In this document: piece by piece, positions 47,509 to 57,963 of the stretch
How positions within the stretch are numbered: the first letter of the stretch is position 1
Layout: each line of letters starts with the position of its first letter
NCBI GenBank assembly: GCA_965221775.1
Contig: CBDCSU010000005.1
Coordinates: 1 to 64,000, forward strand
DNA: 64,000 bases
Direction: 5' to 3'
Origin: Candidatus Latescibacterota bacterium
Lineage (GTDB): Bacteria; Latescibacterota; UBA2968; UBA8231
Notes under the pieces: generated by a model
The model's input: only the letters and a program-made list of their open reading frames with translations
Database searches by the model: none
Told to the model about the DNA's origin: nothing
Position numbers and translations under genes: made by a program

Positions 47509-48914
47509 GAGCCGCTCGCGGGCGGGGGGTCGGTCCCCTCGCGGTGGCGGGAATCGATGCGGTCCAGCTTCTCGCTCAGGGCGATCATCACGTCCTGGGT
47601 GTCGGTCATGCGCGACTCGAGGGCGGCGAGGCGGTCCGTGAGGCCCGGGGGGTCCGGCTGGGTACGGCGGCGGACCACGTAGACCGCCCCCAGGCCGACG
47701 GCCAGCCCCAGCAGGCATCCTCCGAGGAGCACGAGCCAGTCGTCGCGTCCGGAGTCCCCCCGCAGTTCCCGCCGCAGGGCCTGCAGCAACTCGTCCTCAC
47801 GAGGACCGGCGTCCGCACCCATGGGACCGCCGGGCGATCCCCACGGAACCGTCCGGTGGTCCCAGGTGGCGGGACCCGGCGCATCGGTCCCGAGCATCCG
47901 CGCATCGGCCCGGGAGATGGCCCCCGCCGCCTGCTCCAGCCTCCGGGCCAGGGGATGGGAATGCGGTCGGGACTGCCTGGCCGCGGCTCTCTCGATCGCC
48001 GCGATCCAGACATCCGGATGCTCTCTCAGCCAGGTCTCCAGGTAAGCCTCCATCGCCTCGGCGTCGAACCCCGCCGACCAGTCCTCCGGCGCCAGCACGA
48101 GACGGCCCACCCGGTCGTCGCCCACCATCTTGATCGACCGCGGGGGCCCCCAGGGCACCCAGGAGGCGGTCTCCTCACAGCAGGCGGTCGGAGTAGGAGA
48201 GACCACGGAACCCCGGGGCGGCCCGTCGCCGTCGACGACGACCACGTCGAAACCGATCATCCCGCCGCCCTCGAGGCGGACCGCCCGGCCGGGGTCGGGG
48301 TTCATCGCCGTATAGCCGTGCCTCGGATCGGTCCGCGGATCGGCCGGCAAGCCGGAGCGCACCTGCACGCCCCACTCGTAGGTGGTGATCCTGCCGTCGC
48401 GGCGCAGCCAGGCGCCGCGGGACCTCCTGTCGACCCGGAGGTTGCGGTGGACCCCCCTGCGGTCGAAGCTGGTATAGGTGACCCGCCCCGGCACGAGGGC
48501 GTACTGGATCGGAGTGTGGTCCGACGACACGAGCCCGGAGACGTAGATCTCGCAGGCGTCGGTCTGTGACACCATCCAGTCCGAATAGAGGATATCGTCG
48601 CGCACCTCCACGGCCACGTAGAGCAGCTGCTCCTCCGGGTCGTACCCCACCCGGAAGGAGGGGCTGAGGTCCTGGCTGGTGTCGAGGTTCGTCGCCTCGG
48701 TGTCGGTGGGGCCGTAGGCGCCGAACTCGTTGCGAATCGGCAGGGACGGCATCTCCGGCGGCCAGTCGGACAGATCCCCGTCGACGGTGATGCCGGAGAG
48801 GGGCAGGGCCAGGGCCAGGTGGTCGGGCAGCTCCGCCCGCGCCAGGGGCGGTCCCGCAAGGCTCAACCCCGCCAGGACGACGGCGAGATGCAGGGGCGGG
48901 CAGGGTCGAGGCAT
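47505..48914 (-). CDS. Secreted CBM9/DOMON-like domain protein with C-terminal TM and cytoplasmic coiled coil
   Basis: Signal peptide, ITVDGDLSDW, YD....LYVAVEVRDD, YEW, IGFDVVVVD.D; TM WLVLLGGCLLGLAVGLGAVYVV. Confidence 0.78.
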   Translation of the reverse strand: MPRPCPPLHLAVVLAGLSLAGPPLARAELPDHLALALPLSGITVDGDLSDWPPEMPSLPIRNEFGAYGPTDTEATNLDTSQDLSPSFRVGYDPEEQLLYVAVEVRDDILYSDWMVSQTDACEIYVSGLVSSDHTPIQYALVPGRVTYTSFDRRGVHRNLRVDRRSRGAWLRRDGRITTYEWGVQVRSGLPADPRTDPRHGYTAMNPDPGRAVRLEGGGMIGFDVVVVDGDGPPRGSVVSPTPTACCEETASWVPWGPPRSIKMVGDDRVGRLVLAPEDWSAGFDAEAMEAYLETWLREHPDVWIAAIERAAARQSRPHSHPLARRLEQAAGAISRADARMLGTDAPGPATWDHRTVPWGSPGGPMGADAGPREDELLQALRRELRGDSGRDDWLVLLGGCLLGLAVGLGAVYVVRRRTQPDPPGLTDRLAALESRMTDTQDVMIALSEKLDRIDSRHREGTDPPPASGS

Positions 48915-48931
48915 AACTGTTCTCCGGGGGG

Positions 48932-49300
48932 TCAGGCCAGGTGTCCGTAGCGGCGCCGGTCCAGCTTGTCGGCCATATCTATCATGACTCCCTGAAGATC
49001 GGTCAACTGCCGGTCGATGCGGTCCATGCGGCCCCGCAGCTCCTCGGACCGGGATCCGGCCGCCGCCTCGGCCGGCATCCACGCCGAGAGCCGCAGGCCG
49101 CCGGCGTCGGTGAAGGCCCCGCAGAGGATGAGGATCAGGTCGATGAGCGACCAGATGCCGAAGCCTCCGAGGGTGAGCACCATCAACAGGCCGGTGCCCA
49201 TCTTGCCGACGTAGAACCGGTGCGCGCCGATCCAGCCGAGGAAGAAGCAGAGCAGCGCCGCCGCCAGGCGCGAACGAGTGGAGTGCTCGGAGCCGGTCAT
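48932..49300 (-). CDS. TM2-domain protein with C-terminal coiled coil
   Basis: SRLAAALLCFFLGWIGAHRFYVGK.GTG...TLGGFGIW..ID; ATGA overlap with pspA. Confidence 0.92.
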   Translation of the reverse strand: MTGSEHSTRSRLAAALLCFFLGWIGAHRFYVGKMGTGLLMVLTLGGFGIWSLIDLILILCGAFTDAGGLRLSAWMPAEAAAGSRSEELRGRMDRIDRQLTDLQGVMIDMADKLDRRRYGHLA

Positions 49301-50028
49301 CGGGAACCCTCCCCTGTCTTTTCGCCGCGCGGGCGCAGGGCGGCCAACTCTTCATCGACCCGCCGGCGCATCTCGAGTTCCTCGAAGCGGCGCCCGAGGA
49401 CGCCGTCCTCCCCGAGAAGGGTGCGGCGCGCCTCGGCCGAGGCCTCCCCTGCCACCTCGGCCAGTTCCAGGCGCTGGCGCATGCGGTCGAACTCGCTGCG
49501 GTTGTGCTCCAGGCGCTGCCCCAGGCGGTCGAACTCGGCCGCCGGATCGCCTTCGAGATCGTCGCGCCGGAAGCCCACCTGGCGGCTGGCGCGGATGCGC
49601 GCGATCAGGGCGGCCTGGCGGTTGCGGGCCTCCTCCAGCTCCTGGCGCAGGGTCACCAGCTGACCCCGCAGCTGCGACGCCGTCCGGCGCCCCTCCTCGA
49701 GGGCCGGCTCGATGTCGTCGGCCGCCTGGTCGCTGAGCACCTTGCGGGCCAGCACCTGGCGGGCCAGCTCCTCGTCGCCGGCATCGAGGGCCTGGCGGGC
49801 CCGGCGCTCCAGCCGGCGGCTGCGCTCGCGGTGCTCCTCCTGGTCCTTCTCCAACCGGCGCTGGCCGGCCACGGCGGCGCCGGTGGCGCTGACGACCCGG
49901 TCGACCTCGGCCTCCATGTCGCGCACCATCTGGCGCACCATCCTCTCCGGGTCCTCCAGGTGATCGAGCAGGTCGTGGACGTTCGACCTGACGATACCGG
50001 AGATCCGGGACAACGTCGATTTGACCAT
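49297..50028 (-). CDS. pspA: PspA/IM30 family protein
   Basis: LSRISGIVRSNVHDLLDHLEDPERMVRQMVRDME, AL.AGDEELAR, VDEELAALR; GGAGG RBS before ATG 50028. Confidence 0.93.
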   Translation of the reverse strand: MVKSTLSRISGIVRSNVHDLLDHLEDPERMVRQMVRDMEAEVDRVVSATGAAVAGQRRLEKDQEEHRERSRRLERRARQALDAGDEELARQVLARKVLSDQAADDIEPALEEGRRTASQLRGQLVTLRQELEEARNRQAALIARIRASRQVGFRRDDLEGDPAAEFDRLGQRLEHNRSEFDRMRQRLELAEVAGEASAEARRTLLGEDGVLGRRFEELEMRRRVDEELAALRPRGEKTGEGSR

Positions 50029-50071
50029 CTCTGCCTCCAGTTCGCTCCCGAGGGGTTTGCTTGCTTCCTGA

Positions 50072-50087
50072 TGCAATCCGGGTGCCA
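50072..50087 (-). promoter_or_regulatory. Sigma-54 promoter of pspA
   Basis: Minus strand TGGCAC-CCGGA-TTGCA, an exact -24/-12 consensus. Confidence 0.85.
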
Positions 50088-50169
50088 TCGCCTCCCCCAT
50101 TGGGGAAGACGAGACTCAACTTGCTGTCATACAGTCCATTGCAGGGAAAACCGCATGCTTGTCGGAAGG

Positions 50170-50213
50170 TGGCGGACCGGCTGGATCCGCCATCTCGATG
50201 GCGGATTTCGCCA
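50170..50213. promoter_or_regulatory. Candidate upstream activator sequences for a PspF-like enhancer-binding protein
   Basis: TGGCGGATTTCGCCA (50199-50213) and TGGCGGA-N9-TCCGCCA (50170-50192), about 85-125 bp upstream of the -24 box. Confidence 0.55.
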
Positions 50214-50318
50214 CCGGCGGACAGCGGATGGGGGAGCGAGGCCGCCCCGGGGTCTCGCCTCCGAGGCTTCCTCCTCGGGCCGCCCCTCCCCGCGCCGGCA
50301 GCCGATCCCGCGCAGGGA

Positions 50319-50553
50319 TCAGCCGGGGTACCCGGCCTCGCACAACCCCTGTCCGCCCCCGGTGACGGCCGGGGCCGGACCCAGGGTGCCCCGCGCCCGC
50401 CGCTTCTGCACCCAGGGCGTCTCCACGCCGTACTTGCGGCACAGCCGTCCGAAGCTGCGCAGGGTGATGCCGAGGGCGGCGCAGGCCTCCTGGGTTGCTC
50501 TTGTACATGCGGGCGACGCGCTCGATCGTCGCCTTGTCGAATCCCCGATTCAC
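50319..50553 (-). pseudogene. Small Fis-like HTH protein with a 1-nt frameshift near 50493 (pseudogene or sequencing error)
   Basis: AGGAGG RBS and GTG: MNRGFDKATIERVARMYKSN, then in another frame QEACAALGITLRSFGRLCRKYGVETPW; removing one C from AACCC restores a ~77 aa ORF. Confidence 0.7.
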
Positions 50554-50618
50554 GGCTCCCTCCTGGTGAAGGATGGACGCCGGGGCCGGTCCCCGGCGAC
50601 TGAGGTCGAGGACGGTAC

Positions 50619-50634
50619 AGCAACCCTCGTGCCG
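50619..50634 (-). promoter_or_regulatory. Second sigma-54-like promoter, upstream of the small HTH gene
   Basis: Minus strand CGGCAC-GAGGG-TTGCT (GG-N10-GC). Confidence 0.6.
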
Positions 50635-50762
50635 GCCGCCGCGGGAAGCCTGCCTCAGAGAGCGGACCGGGAAGGAGCCTTCGGAGAGCGTTGCAGCGGT
50701 GGCCGCATCCGCCACCGTCCGGCGGCAGCCGCCGGAAGCGGGAGGGTTCCGCGAAGGGTCTC

Positions 50763-51998
50763 TTAGAGGAGGATCTCTCGCCCCTGGAGGAAGACGCGCT
50801 CCACGCGGAGCCCCTCGTCGAGGACGAGCAGGTCGGCGGTCTTGCCCGCCTCGAGGCTGCCGACGCGGGCGTCGATCCCGAGGATCCGCGCCGGCGTGAG
50901 GGAGGCCATGCGCACCACCTCGGCCAGGGGCGCGCCGGTCAGTTGGCGGAAGGTCCGCACCATGTGGTCCATGCCCTGGCACGACGAGGCCGGACCGCCG
51001 CCGTCCGGCGTCAGGCAGACGTCGCCGCGGCGCACGAAGGGCTCGCCGCCGGCCTCGGGGCCGAAGCGGTACTCGCCGTCGGGCCGGTCGAGGGCGCGGT
51101 TGCAGTCGGTCACCAGGGCGAGGCGCTCCGGCCCCTTGATCTTGTACGCCAGGCGCAGGAGTCCGGCGTCGAGATGGACGCCGTCGGCGATCACCTCGGT
51201 GGACAGCCCGTCGAGGAGCAGGGCCGCCTCGAGCACGCCGGCGCGCATCGGCCAGGGCTCCCGGCGGCGCAGCTTGGTCTTGTCCGACATGGCGCAGAAC
51301 AGGTGGTCCACGTGGGCCACACCCCAGGGCAGGCTGGCCTCCACCTGCGCCAGGGTGGCGTTGGAGTGGCCGGCGTGGAGCCGGATGCCCCGCCCCCGGG
51401 CGGCGCGGGCGAAGGCCTCGGCGCCGGGCAGTTCCGGGGCCACGGTGGCGCAGGCGATGGCGCCGCCCTCGGGCAGCCCGCCGAAGGCGAGATACGCCTC
51501 GAACTCCCCCGGCCGCGGCGGGCGCAGAGGGCCGGCCGGGTGGCAGCCCTGGGCCCCGGGGCCGAAGTAGGGGCCGTAGAAGTGGGCCCCCGCCACGCGG
51601 CTGCCGGCGCCGGAGCCTTCGCCGAAGAGACCGAATCCGCCGCTCGCGGCGGCCCGGGCGCAGACCCGCAGGGCCGCGAGGATCTGCTCGTGGAGGGCCA
51701 CTGTCGTCGTCGGAGCCACGGTGGTGGTGCCGTGGCGCAGATGGGCTCGCAGGACGGTGCGGAAGGCCGCGGCGGTGCCGTCCATGAAGTCGGCGCCCCC
51801 GCCGCCGTGACAGTGGAGGTCGACGTACCCGGGGGCGACCAGCCGGCCGTCGAGGTCGATCTCGGCGGCTCCCCTCGAGGCCTCCTTGTCGGCGGCGGGA
51901 CCGGCGGCGGCGATACGGCCGGCCGCGTCGACGAGGAGGCCGCCCTCCTCGACGCGGTCGGGCAGGATCAGGGAGCCGCCGCGCAGCAGCGAGGGCAT
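50763..51998 (-). CDS. nagA: N-acetylglucosamine-6-phosphate deacetylase
   Basis: PGYVDLHCHGGGG, APE, GHSNAT, HLFCAM, IADGVH, LVTD, ASLTPA. Confidence 0.88.
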   Translation of the reverse strand: MPSLLRGGSLILPDRVEEGGLLVDAAGRIAAAGPAADKEASRGAAEIDLDGRLVAPGYVDLHCHGGGGADFMDGTAAAFRTVLRAHLRHGTTTVAPTTTVALHEQILAALRVCARAAASGGFGLFGEGSGAGSRVAGAHFYGPYFGPGAQGCHPAGPLRPPRPGEFEAYLAFGGLPEGGAIACATVAPELPGAEAFARAARGRGIRLHAGHSNATLAQVEASLPWGVAHVDHLFCAMSDKTKLRRREPWPMRAGVLEAALLLDGLSTEVIADGVHLDAGLLRLAYKIKGPERLALVTDCNRALDRPDGEYRFGPEAGGEPFVRRGDVCLTPDGGGPASSCQGMDHMVRTFRQLTGAPLAEVVRMASLTPARILGIDARVGSLEAGKTADLLVLDEGLRVERVFLQGREILL

Positions 51999-51999
51999 C

Positions 52000-53196
52000 T
52001 CAGGCGAGGCCGCAGAAGCCGGCCGCCGCCAAGGCGTAGACGCGGGCGCAGCGGCCCAGCTGCGCCGCCGAGACGCGCTCGCCGTCGGAGTGGGCGGTCT
52101 CGTGGGCGGGCCCGTAGTAGACGGTGGGCACGCCGCCGTCGTTGGCGTAGAGATTGGCGTCCCCCACCAGCCCCATGCCGACGGTCTCCGGTCGTTCGCC
52201 GTTGACGCTCTCGCCGGCGCCGAGGAGGGCCTCCACCACCGGGTGCCCGGCGGGCGTCTCGAAGGGCTCCCGGTCGTTGGTCAGCTCCACCTCGAAGCGC
52301 AGACCCGAGGCGGCGGCCAGCTCACCGCAGACCGCCGACAGCTCGGCCTCGGCCTCGGCGCGGGTGGTGCCCGGCATCCACCGGAGGGTGCCGGTCACCT
52401 GCCACTCCACCGGCAGGCGGTTGAACCAGTCGCCGGCGCGCACCATGCCGACGTTGAGCTGCTGGCGGCCGCACAGGGGGTGGTGGCGCCCGGCTTCGTA
52501 CCCGGCCTCCAGGCGGTCCAGCTCCGACAGCAGGGGGCCGAGCCAGCGCGCCGGGTTCTCCCGCCAGGGGACCTTGATCGTGTGGACCGGCTCGCGGTCG
52601 GCGAAGGCCCTCACCGTGAACAGGGCCGAGCCGAGGCTCGCCGCCCACACGGCGAAAGGCCCTTCCACGATGATCACCGCCTCGGCCGGCACGCGGCCGG
52701 AGCGGAAGTGCTCGATCAGCCGGCGCGGCCCCTCCTTGCGGCCCACGGGCGTCTCGTGGCCGACGACGCCGGTGAGCCACAAATCGCCGGCGAGCCCGAC
52801 CCCGGCGCGGCGCAGGGCGGCGGCGCCGTGGACCATGGCCGAGAGGCCGCCCTTCATGTCCTCGGCGCCGCGGCCGAGGATCCAGCCGCCGTCGCGTCCC
52901 GGGCCGTGGCAGCCGCCCACGGGGATCGTGTCGGTGTGGCCGTTGAAGGCGAGGGTGCGTCCGCCGCCGGCTCCCTCGAGGCGCGCGTACACGTTCGGCC
53001 GGCCGGGGAGGAACTCGTCGACCTCGACCTCGAACCCCTCCCGGCGCAGCAGACCCTCGAGGAAGCGGCTCCCCTCCCCCTCCTCCCCGGTCTCGCTCAC
53101 CACCTCGATGAAGGCCAGGGTGTCGGCCGCCAGGGCCTCCTCGTCCACGGCGGCGGCGACGGCGGCCTGCTGCCCGGGCGTCAGGGAGTGGTTCAC
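52000..53196 (-). CDS. M20/ArgE/DapE-family metallopeptidase or deacylase
   Basis: FNGHTDT, GRGAEDMKGG, GEG/HE, GP...AH..GE. Confidence 0.88.
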   Translation of the reverse strand: MNHSLTPGQQAAVAAAVDEEALAADTLAFIEVVSETGEEGEGSRFLEGLLRREGFEVEVDEFLPGRPNVYARLEGAGGGRTLAFNGHTDTIPVGGCHGPGRDGGWILGRGAEDMKGGLSAMVHGAAALRRAGVGLAGDLWLTGVVGHETPVGRKEGPRRLIEHFRSGRVPAEAVIIVEGPFAVWAASLGSALFTVRAFADREPVHTIKVPWRENPARWLGPLLSELDRLEAGYEAGRHHPLCGRQQLNVGMVRAGDWFNRLPVEWQVTGTLRWMPGTTRAEAEAELSAVCGELAAASGLRFEVELTNDREPFETPAGHPVVEALLGAGESVNGERPETVGMGLVGDANLYANDGGVPTVYYGPAHETAHSDGERVSAAQLGRCARVYALAAAGFCGLA

Positions 53197-53924
53197 GCCG
53201 GCCTCCCGGCCCCGTGCGGGGCTCCTGCGCCCGGCGGGCGACGGCGGCGCGCCGCCTCGAAGCGGGCGACGATCTCGTCGCTGCCGTTGATGCTGCCGCG
53301 CAGCCAGCGCAGGAGCAGCTCCTCGCGCTCCGACTCTCCCAGGCGCCACTCAGCGGCCCCCAGGCGCAGCCGGCGCGTCAGCTCGCGCAGCACGAGGGCG
53401 GCGCTCACCGAGATGTTGAGGCTCTCCGTGAAGCCCACCATGGGGATGCGGACCCGCTCGGCGCAGCGGCCCAGGGCCTCCTCGGTGAGCCCCTCCAGCT
53501 CGGTGCCGAAGAGCACCGCCGCCGGCCCCGCGCAGGGGTCGAAGTCGTCCACCGAGGCCGCATCCGCCGCCGGCGTGGCCGCCACCAGCCGGTAGCCCCG
53601 CGCCGCCAGCGCGTCGCAGCAGCGGCCGATGGCCGCGCCTTCCCCCGCCTGCCAGCGGACCACGTCGAGCCACCGGGCGGCGCCGAGGGCGACGTCGCGG
53701 CTGACGCGGAACTCGTTGCGCTCCTCCACCACGTGCACCTCCTGGACGCCGAAGCACTCGCAGGAGCGCAGGACGGCGCTGGCGTTGTGGGGCTGGTAGA
53801 CCTCCTCGAGGACGGCGGTGATCCAGCGCGTGCGCCCGGCCAGCACCGCCCGCATGCGGCGCAGGCGGCGCGGGGTGACGTGCCGCGAGAGATGCTCCAC
53901 CAGCCCGGCGCTCTCGGGTGCCAT
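53193..53924 (-). CDS. trmH: TrmH/SpoU tRNA 2'-O-methyltransferase
   Basis: PHNASAVLRSCE.FG, FGTE..G, IPMVGFTESLNISV. Confidence 0.88.
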   Translation of the reverse strand: MAPESAGLVEHLSRHVTPRRLRRMRAVLAGRTRWITAVLEEVYQPHNASAVLRSCECFGVQEVHVVEERNEFRVSRDVALGAARWLDVVRWQAGEGAAIGRCCDALAARGYRLVAATPAADAASVDDFDPCAGPAAVLFGTELEGLTEEALGRCAERVRIPMVGFTESLNISVSAALVLRELTRRLRLGAAEWRLGESEREELLLRWLRGSINGSDEIVARFEAARRRRPPGAGAPHGAGRPA

Positions 53925-54013
53925 GGCAAGAGAGTAGGCAACCGCCGGAGGGTCACCAACCGGGGGGCGGGGCCTGCTGGCCGCGCCCCTCATCGGCCGT
54001 TATGGTACCTGTC

Positions 54014-54721
54014 ATGTGCGGGCGCTTCACCCTCCACCACGGTACCGAGGAGCTGACGGAACGGTTCGCCGTGGAGCAGGCCCTGCTGGACCTGAAGCCG
54101 CGCTACAACATCGCCCCCAGCCAGCCGGTGGCCGCCGTGATCCAGCGCGAGAGCCGGGTCCTGGTGGAGCTGCAGTGGGGGCTGGTGCCGTCCTGGGCCC
54201 GGGACCCGGCCGTGGGCCACCGCATGATCAACGCCCGCGCCGAGTCGGCGGCCACTCGCCCCGCCTTCCGCAACGCCTTCGCCCGCGGGCGCTGCCTGAT
54301 CCCGGCCAGCGGCTGGTTCGAGTGGAAGCGCCGGGGCCGCCAGCGCATCCCCATGCTGCTGCGGCGGCGGGGCGGCGAGCCTATGGCCCTGGCCGGGCTC
54401 TACGAACGCTGGAAGAGATCGGACGACGCCGTCCTGCGCACCTGCGCCATCCTCACCACCGGGCCCGAGGAGGTGGCCGCCGCGGTCCACGACCGCATGC
54501 CGGCGGTGCTGACGCCGGAGGCCTGCGAGGTCTGGCTCGACCGCCAGATCGAGGACGCGGAGAGCCTGGCGCGCCTGCTGCGGCCCTACCCCCTCGGCGA
54601 CCTGGTGGCCCACCCGGTGTCACCGCGGGTGAACCGGCCCGACGAGGACGACCCCTCCCTGATCGAGGAGGTGGAACCGCCGGCGGCCGAGGACCACGGC
54701 CAGCTCGCCCTGGGGCTGTAG
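54014..54721 (+). CDS. SOS response-associated peptidase (SRAP)
   Basis: MCGRF, RYNIAPSQ, WGLVPSW, INARAES, HDRMP. Confidence 0.95.
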   Translation: MCGRFTLHHGTEELTERFAVEQALLDLKPRYNIAPSQPVAAVIQRESRVLVELQWGLVPSWARDPAVGHRMINARAESAATRPAFRNAFARGRCLIPASGWFEWKRRGRQRIPMLLRRRGGEPMALAGLYERWKRSDDAVLRTCAILTTGPEEVAAAVHDRMPAVLTPEACEVWLDRQIEDAESLARLLRPYPLGDLVAHPVSPRVNRPDEDDPSLIEEVEPPAAEDHGQLALGL

Positions 54722-54727
54722 ACCGCC

Positions 54728-54868
54728 ATGCCCGCGATCCTGGACCACCCCGTCGTCGTCTTCCTGGCCGCCCTGCTCGTGGGCTGGTTCCTGCTGCGGG
54801 ACACGGTGGGCGCCATCCTCGGCCTGGTCCGGTCGGCCTGGCGGACCTGCTTCCGTTCCCGCCGCTGA
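54728..54868 (+). CDS. Small (46 aa) membrane protein, below the ORF-track cutoff
   Basis: MPAILDHPVVVFLAALLVGWFLLRDTVGAILGLVRSAWRTCFRSRR*, starting 7 bp after the SRAP stop; GC-ending codons. Confidence 0.5.
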   Translation: MPAILDHPVVVFLAALLVGWFLLRDTVGAILGLVRSAWRTCFRSRR

Positions 54869-54939
54869 GAGCCGCCCCGGGCCGGCGGTCCACCCGCCCG
54901 GACCCCGCCCTCGTCGTCAGGGGCGGCGTCCGCCCCGCG

Positions 54940-55413
54940 TCACTGGGCGGCGCCGACCAGGGCCTTGATCCGCGCCCAGGCCGCCCTGTGGACAGCCGTG
55001 GACACCGCCTCGGGAGGGTGGCTCTCCGGGTCGGCGGGATCGGTGACCAGGGCGGCGTCGCCGGGGGGATCGTCCCCGGCCGTCCAGCTCCCTTCGGGAT
55101 CGCCGAGCTCCTCGCCGTTGGTGAAGCCGTCGCCGTCGGAGTCGAGGGCGGCCAGCTCCGGCGTCCAGAAGACCTCGCGGCCGTTGACCGTGACCAGGGC
55201 CTCCACGTCGAGGCCGAACCCGTTGCGCGGGCTGCCGCCGCCGGAGAGGTGGCAGAGGTTGCAGCCGGCGCCCACCGCCTCGGCGTTGGGCAGCATGTTG
55301 CCCCGGAAGCCGCGGGCCTCGGCGGCTTCGGTCCACGGGCCGCCGGACCACAGGCCGGCGGCCGCGAGGACGGCCGCCAGCAGAGCGGGGATTCTCCTGC
55401 TTCCTGGATTCAT
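54940..55413 (-). CDS. Secreted temptin-like protein with CxxCH and a W..IK-type C-terminal tag
   Basis: Signal peptide, CNLCH..GGG.PRN.FG.D, W...[35 protein letters not shown]; AGGAGG RBS. Confidence 0.75.
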   Translation of the reverse strand: MNPGSRRIPALLAAVLAAAGLWSGGPWTEAAEARGFRGNMLPNAEAVGAGCNLCHLSGGGSPRNGFGLDVEALVTVNGREVFWTPELAALDSDGDGFTNGEELGDPEGSWTAGDDPPGDAALVTDPADPESHPPEAVSTAVHRAAWARIKALVGAAQ

Positions 55414-56075
55414 GACTCCTCCTCCTGTCGGGCGGCCCACAGAAGGCCGCGGCGCTGGATCTCCCGGGCCTCGGGCACCTCGAAGTCGGCGGCCACGTGC
55501 CCCAGGGATGAGAAGAACACCCTCCCTTCGCCCCAGACCCGCTTCCAGACCACGGGCATCACCGTGCCGTTGACCCAAGGGGCGCTGCGGGTGTCGAAGG
55601 TCGTCGTGGCCAGCACATCGTTGCCGGGATCGACGTGCATGTAGTACTGCTCCGAGTGCATGCGGAAGTCGCCGAGGCCGCGGACGACGGGATCGTCCGG
55701 GGCGGTGATGTCGACGGTGTAGTCCTTGACGCCGTCGGGATGGCCGACGAACTGGCCCCCCGTCATCATCTGGTAGCCGCAGTTGTTGCGGAAGGCGTCG
55801 CACATGCCGCCGTGCCAGCCCCCCAGGCCGACGCCGCCCTCCACCGCCTGCAGCAGCCCCCTCTCCTGATCGCCGTCGATGTCGCCCATCGTCCAGCAGG
55901 GCACCACGAGGCTCAGCGAGCCCATGAGGTCGGCGTCGAGGTAGCTGTCCATGGTGTCGGACAGGATCACCTCCAGGCCGGCCTCCTGCAGCAGCGGCGC
56001 GAAGATGTCGACGCACTCCTTCGGCTGGTGACCGTTCCAGCCTCCGTAGACCATCAGGACCCTGGCCTGGGGCAT
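55410..56075 (-). CDS. ThuA-like (class I glutamine amidotransferase-like) protein
   Basis: GGW.GH.P, G.GGWHGG..D.FR, GGQFV.HP, SEQYY, GRVFF.SLGH. Confidence 0.85.
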   Translation of the reverse strand: MPQARVLMVYGGWNGHQPKECVDIFAPLLQEAGLEVILSDTMDSYLDADLMGSLSLVVPCWTMGDIDGDQERGLLQAVEGGVGLGGWHGGMCDAFRNNCGYQMMTGGQFVGHPDGVKDYTVDITAPDDPVVRGLGDFRMHSEQYYMHVDPGNDVLATTTFDTRSAPWVNGTVMPVVWKRVWGEGRVFFSSLGHVAADFEVPEAREIQRRGLLWAARQEEES

Positions 56076-56134
56076 CCGAGCTTCCTCCTGTTACGGATGG
56101 TGCGGTTGGGCGACGGGCCCGTCGCCCCGCCGCT

Positions 56135-57958
<1,824 letters not shown>

Positions 57959-57963
57959 CGTCC

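Noticed and set aside
50041-50100. ORF-track start of PspA at 50100
   Set aside because: This extension overlaps the sigma-54 promoter; ATG 50028 has a GGAGG RBS and matches the PspA N-terminus.
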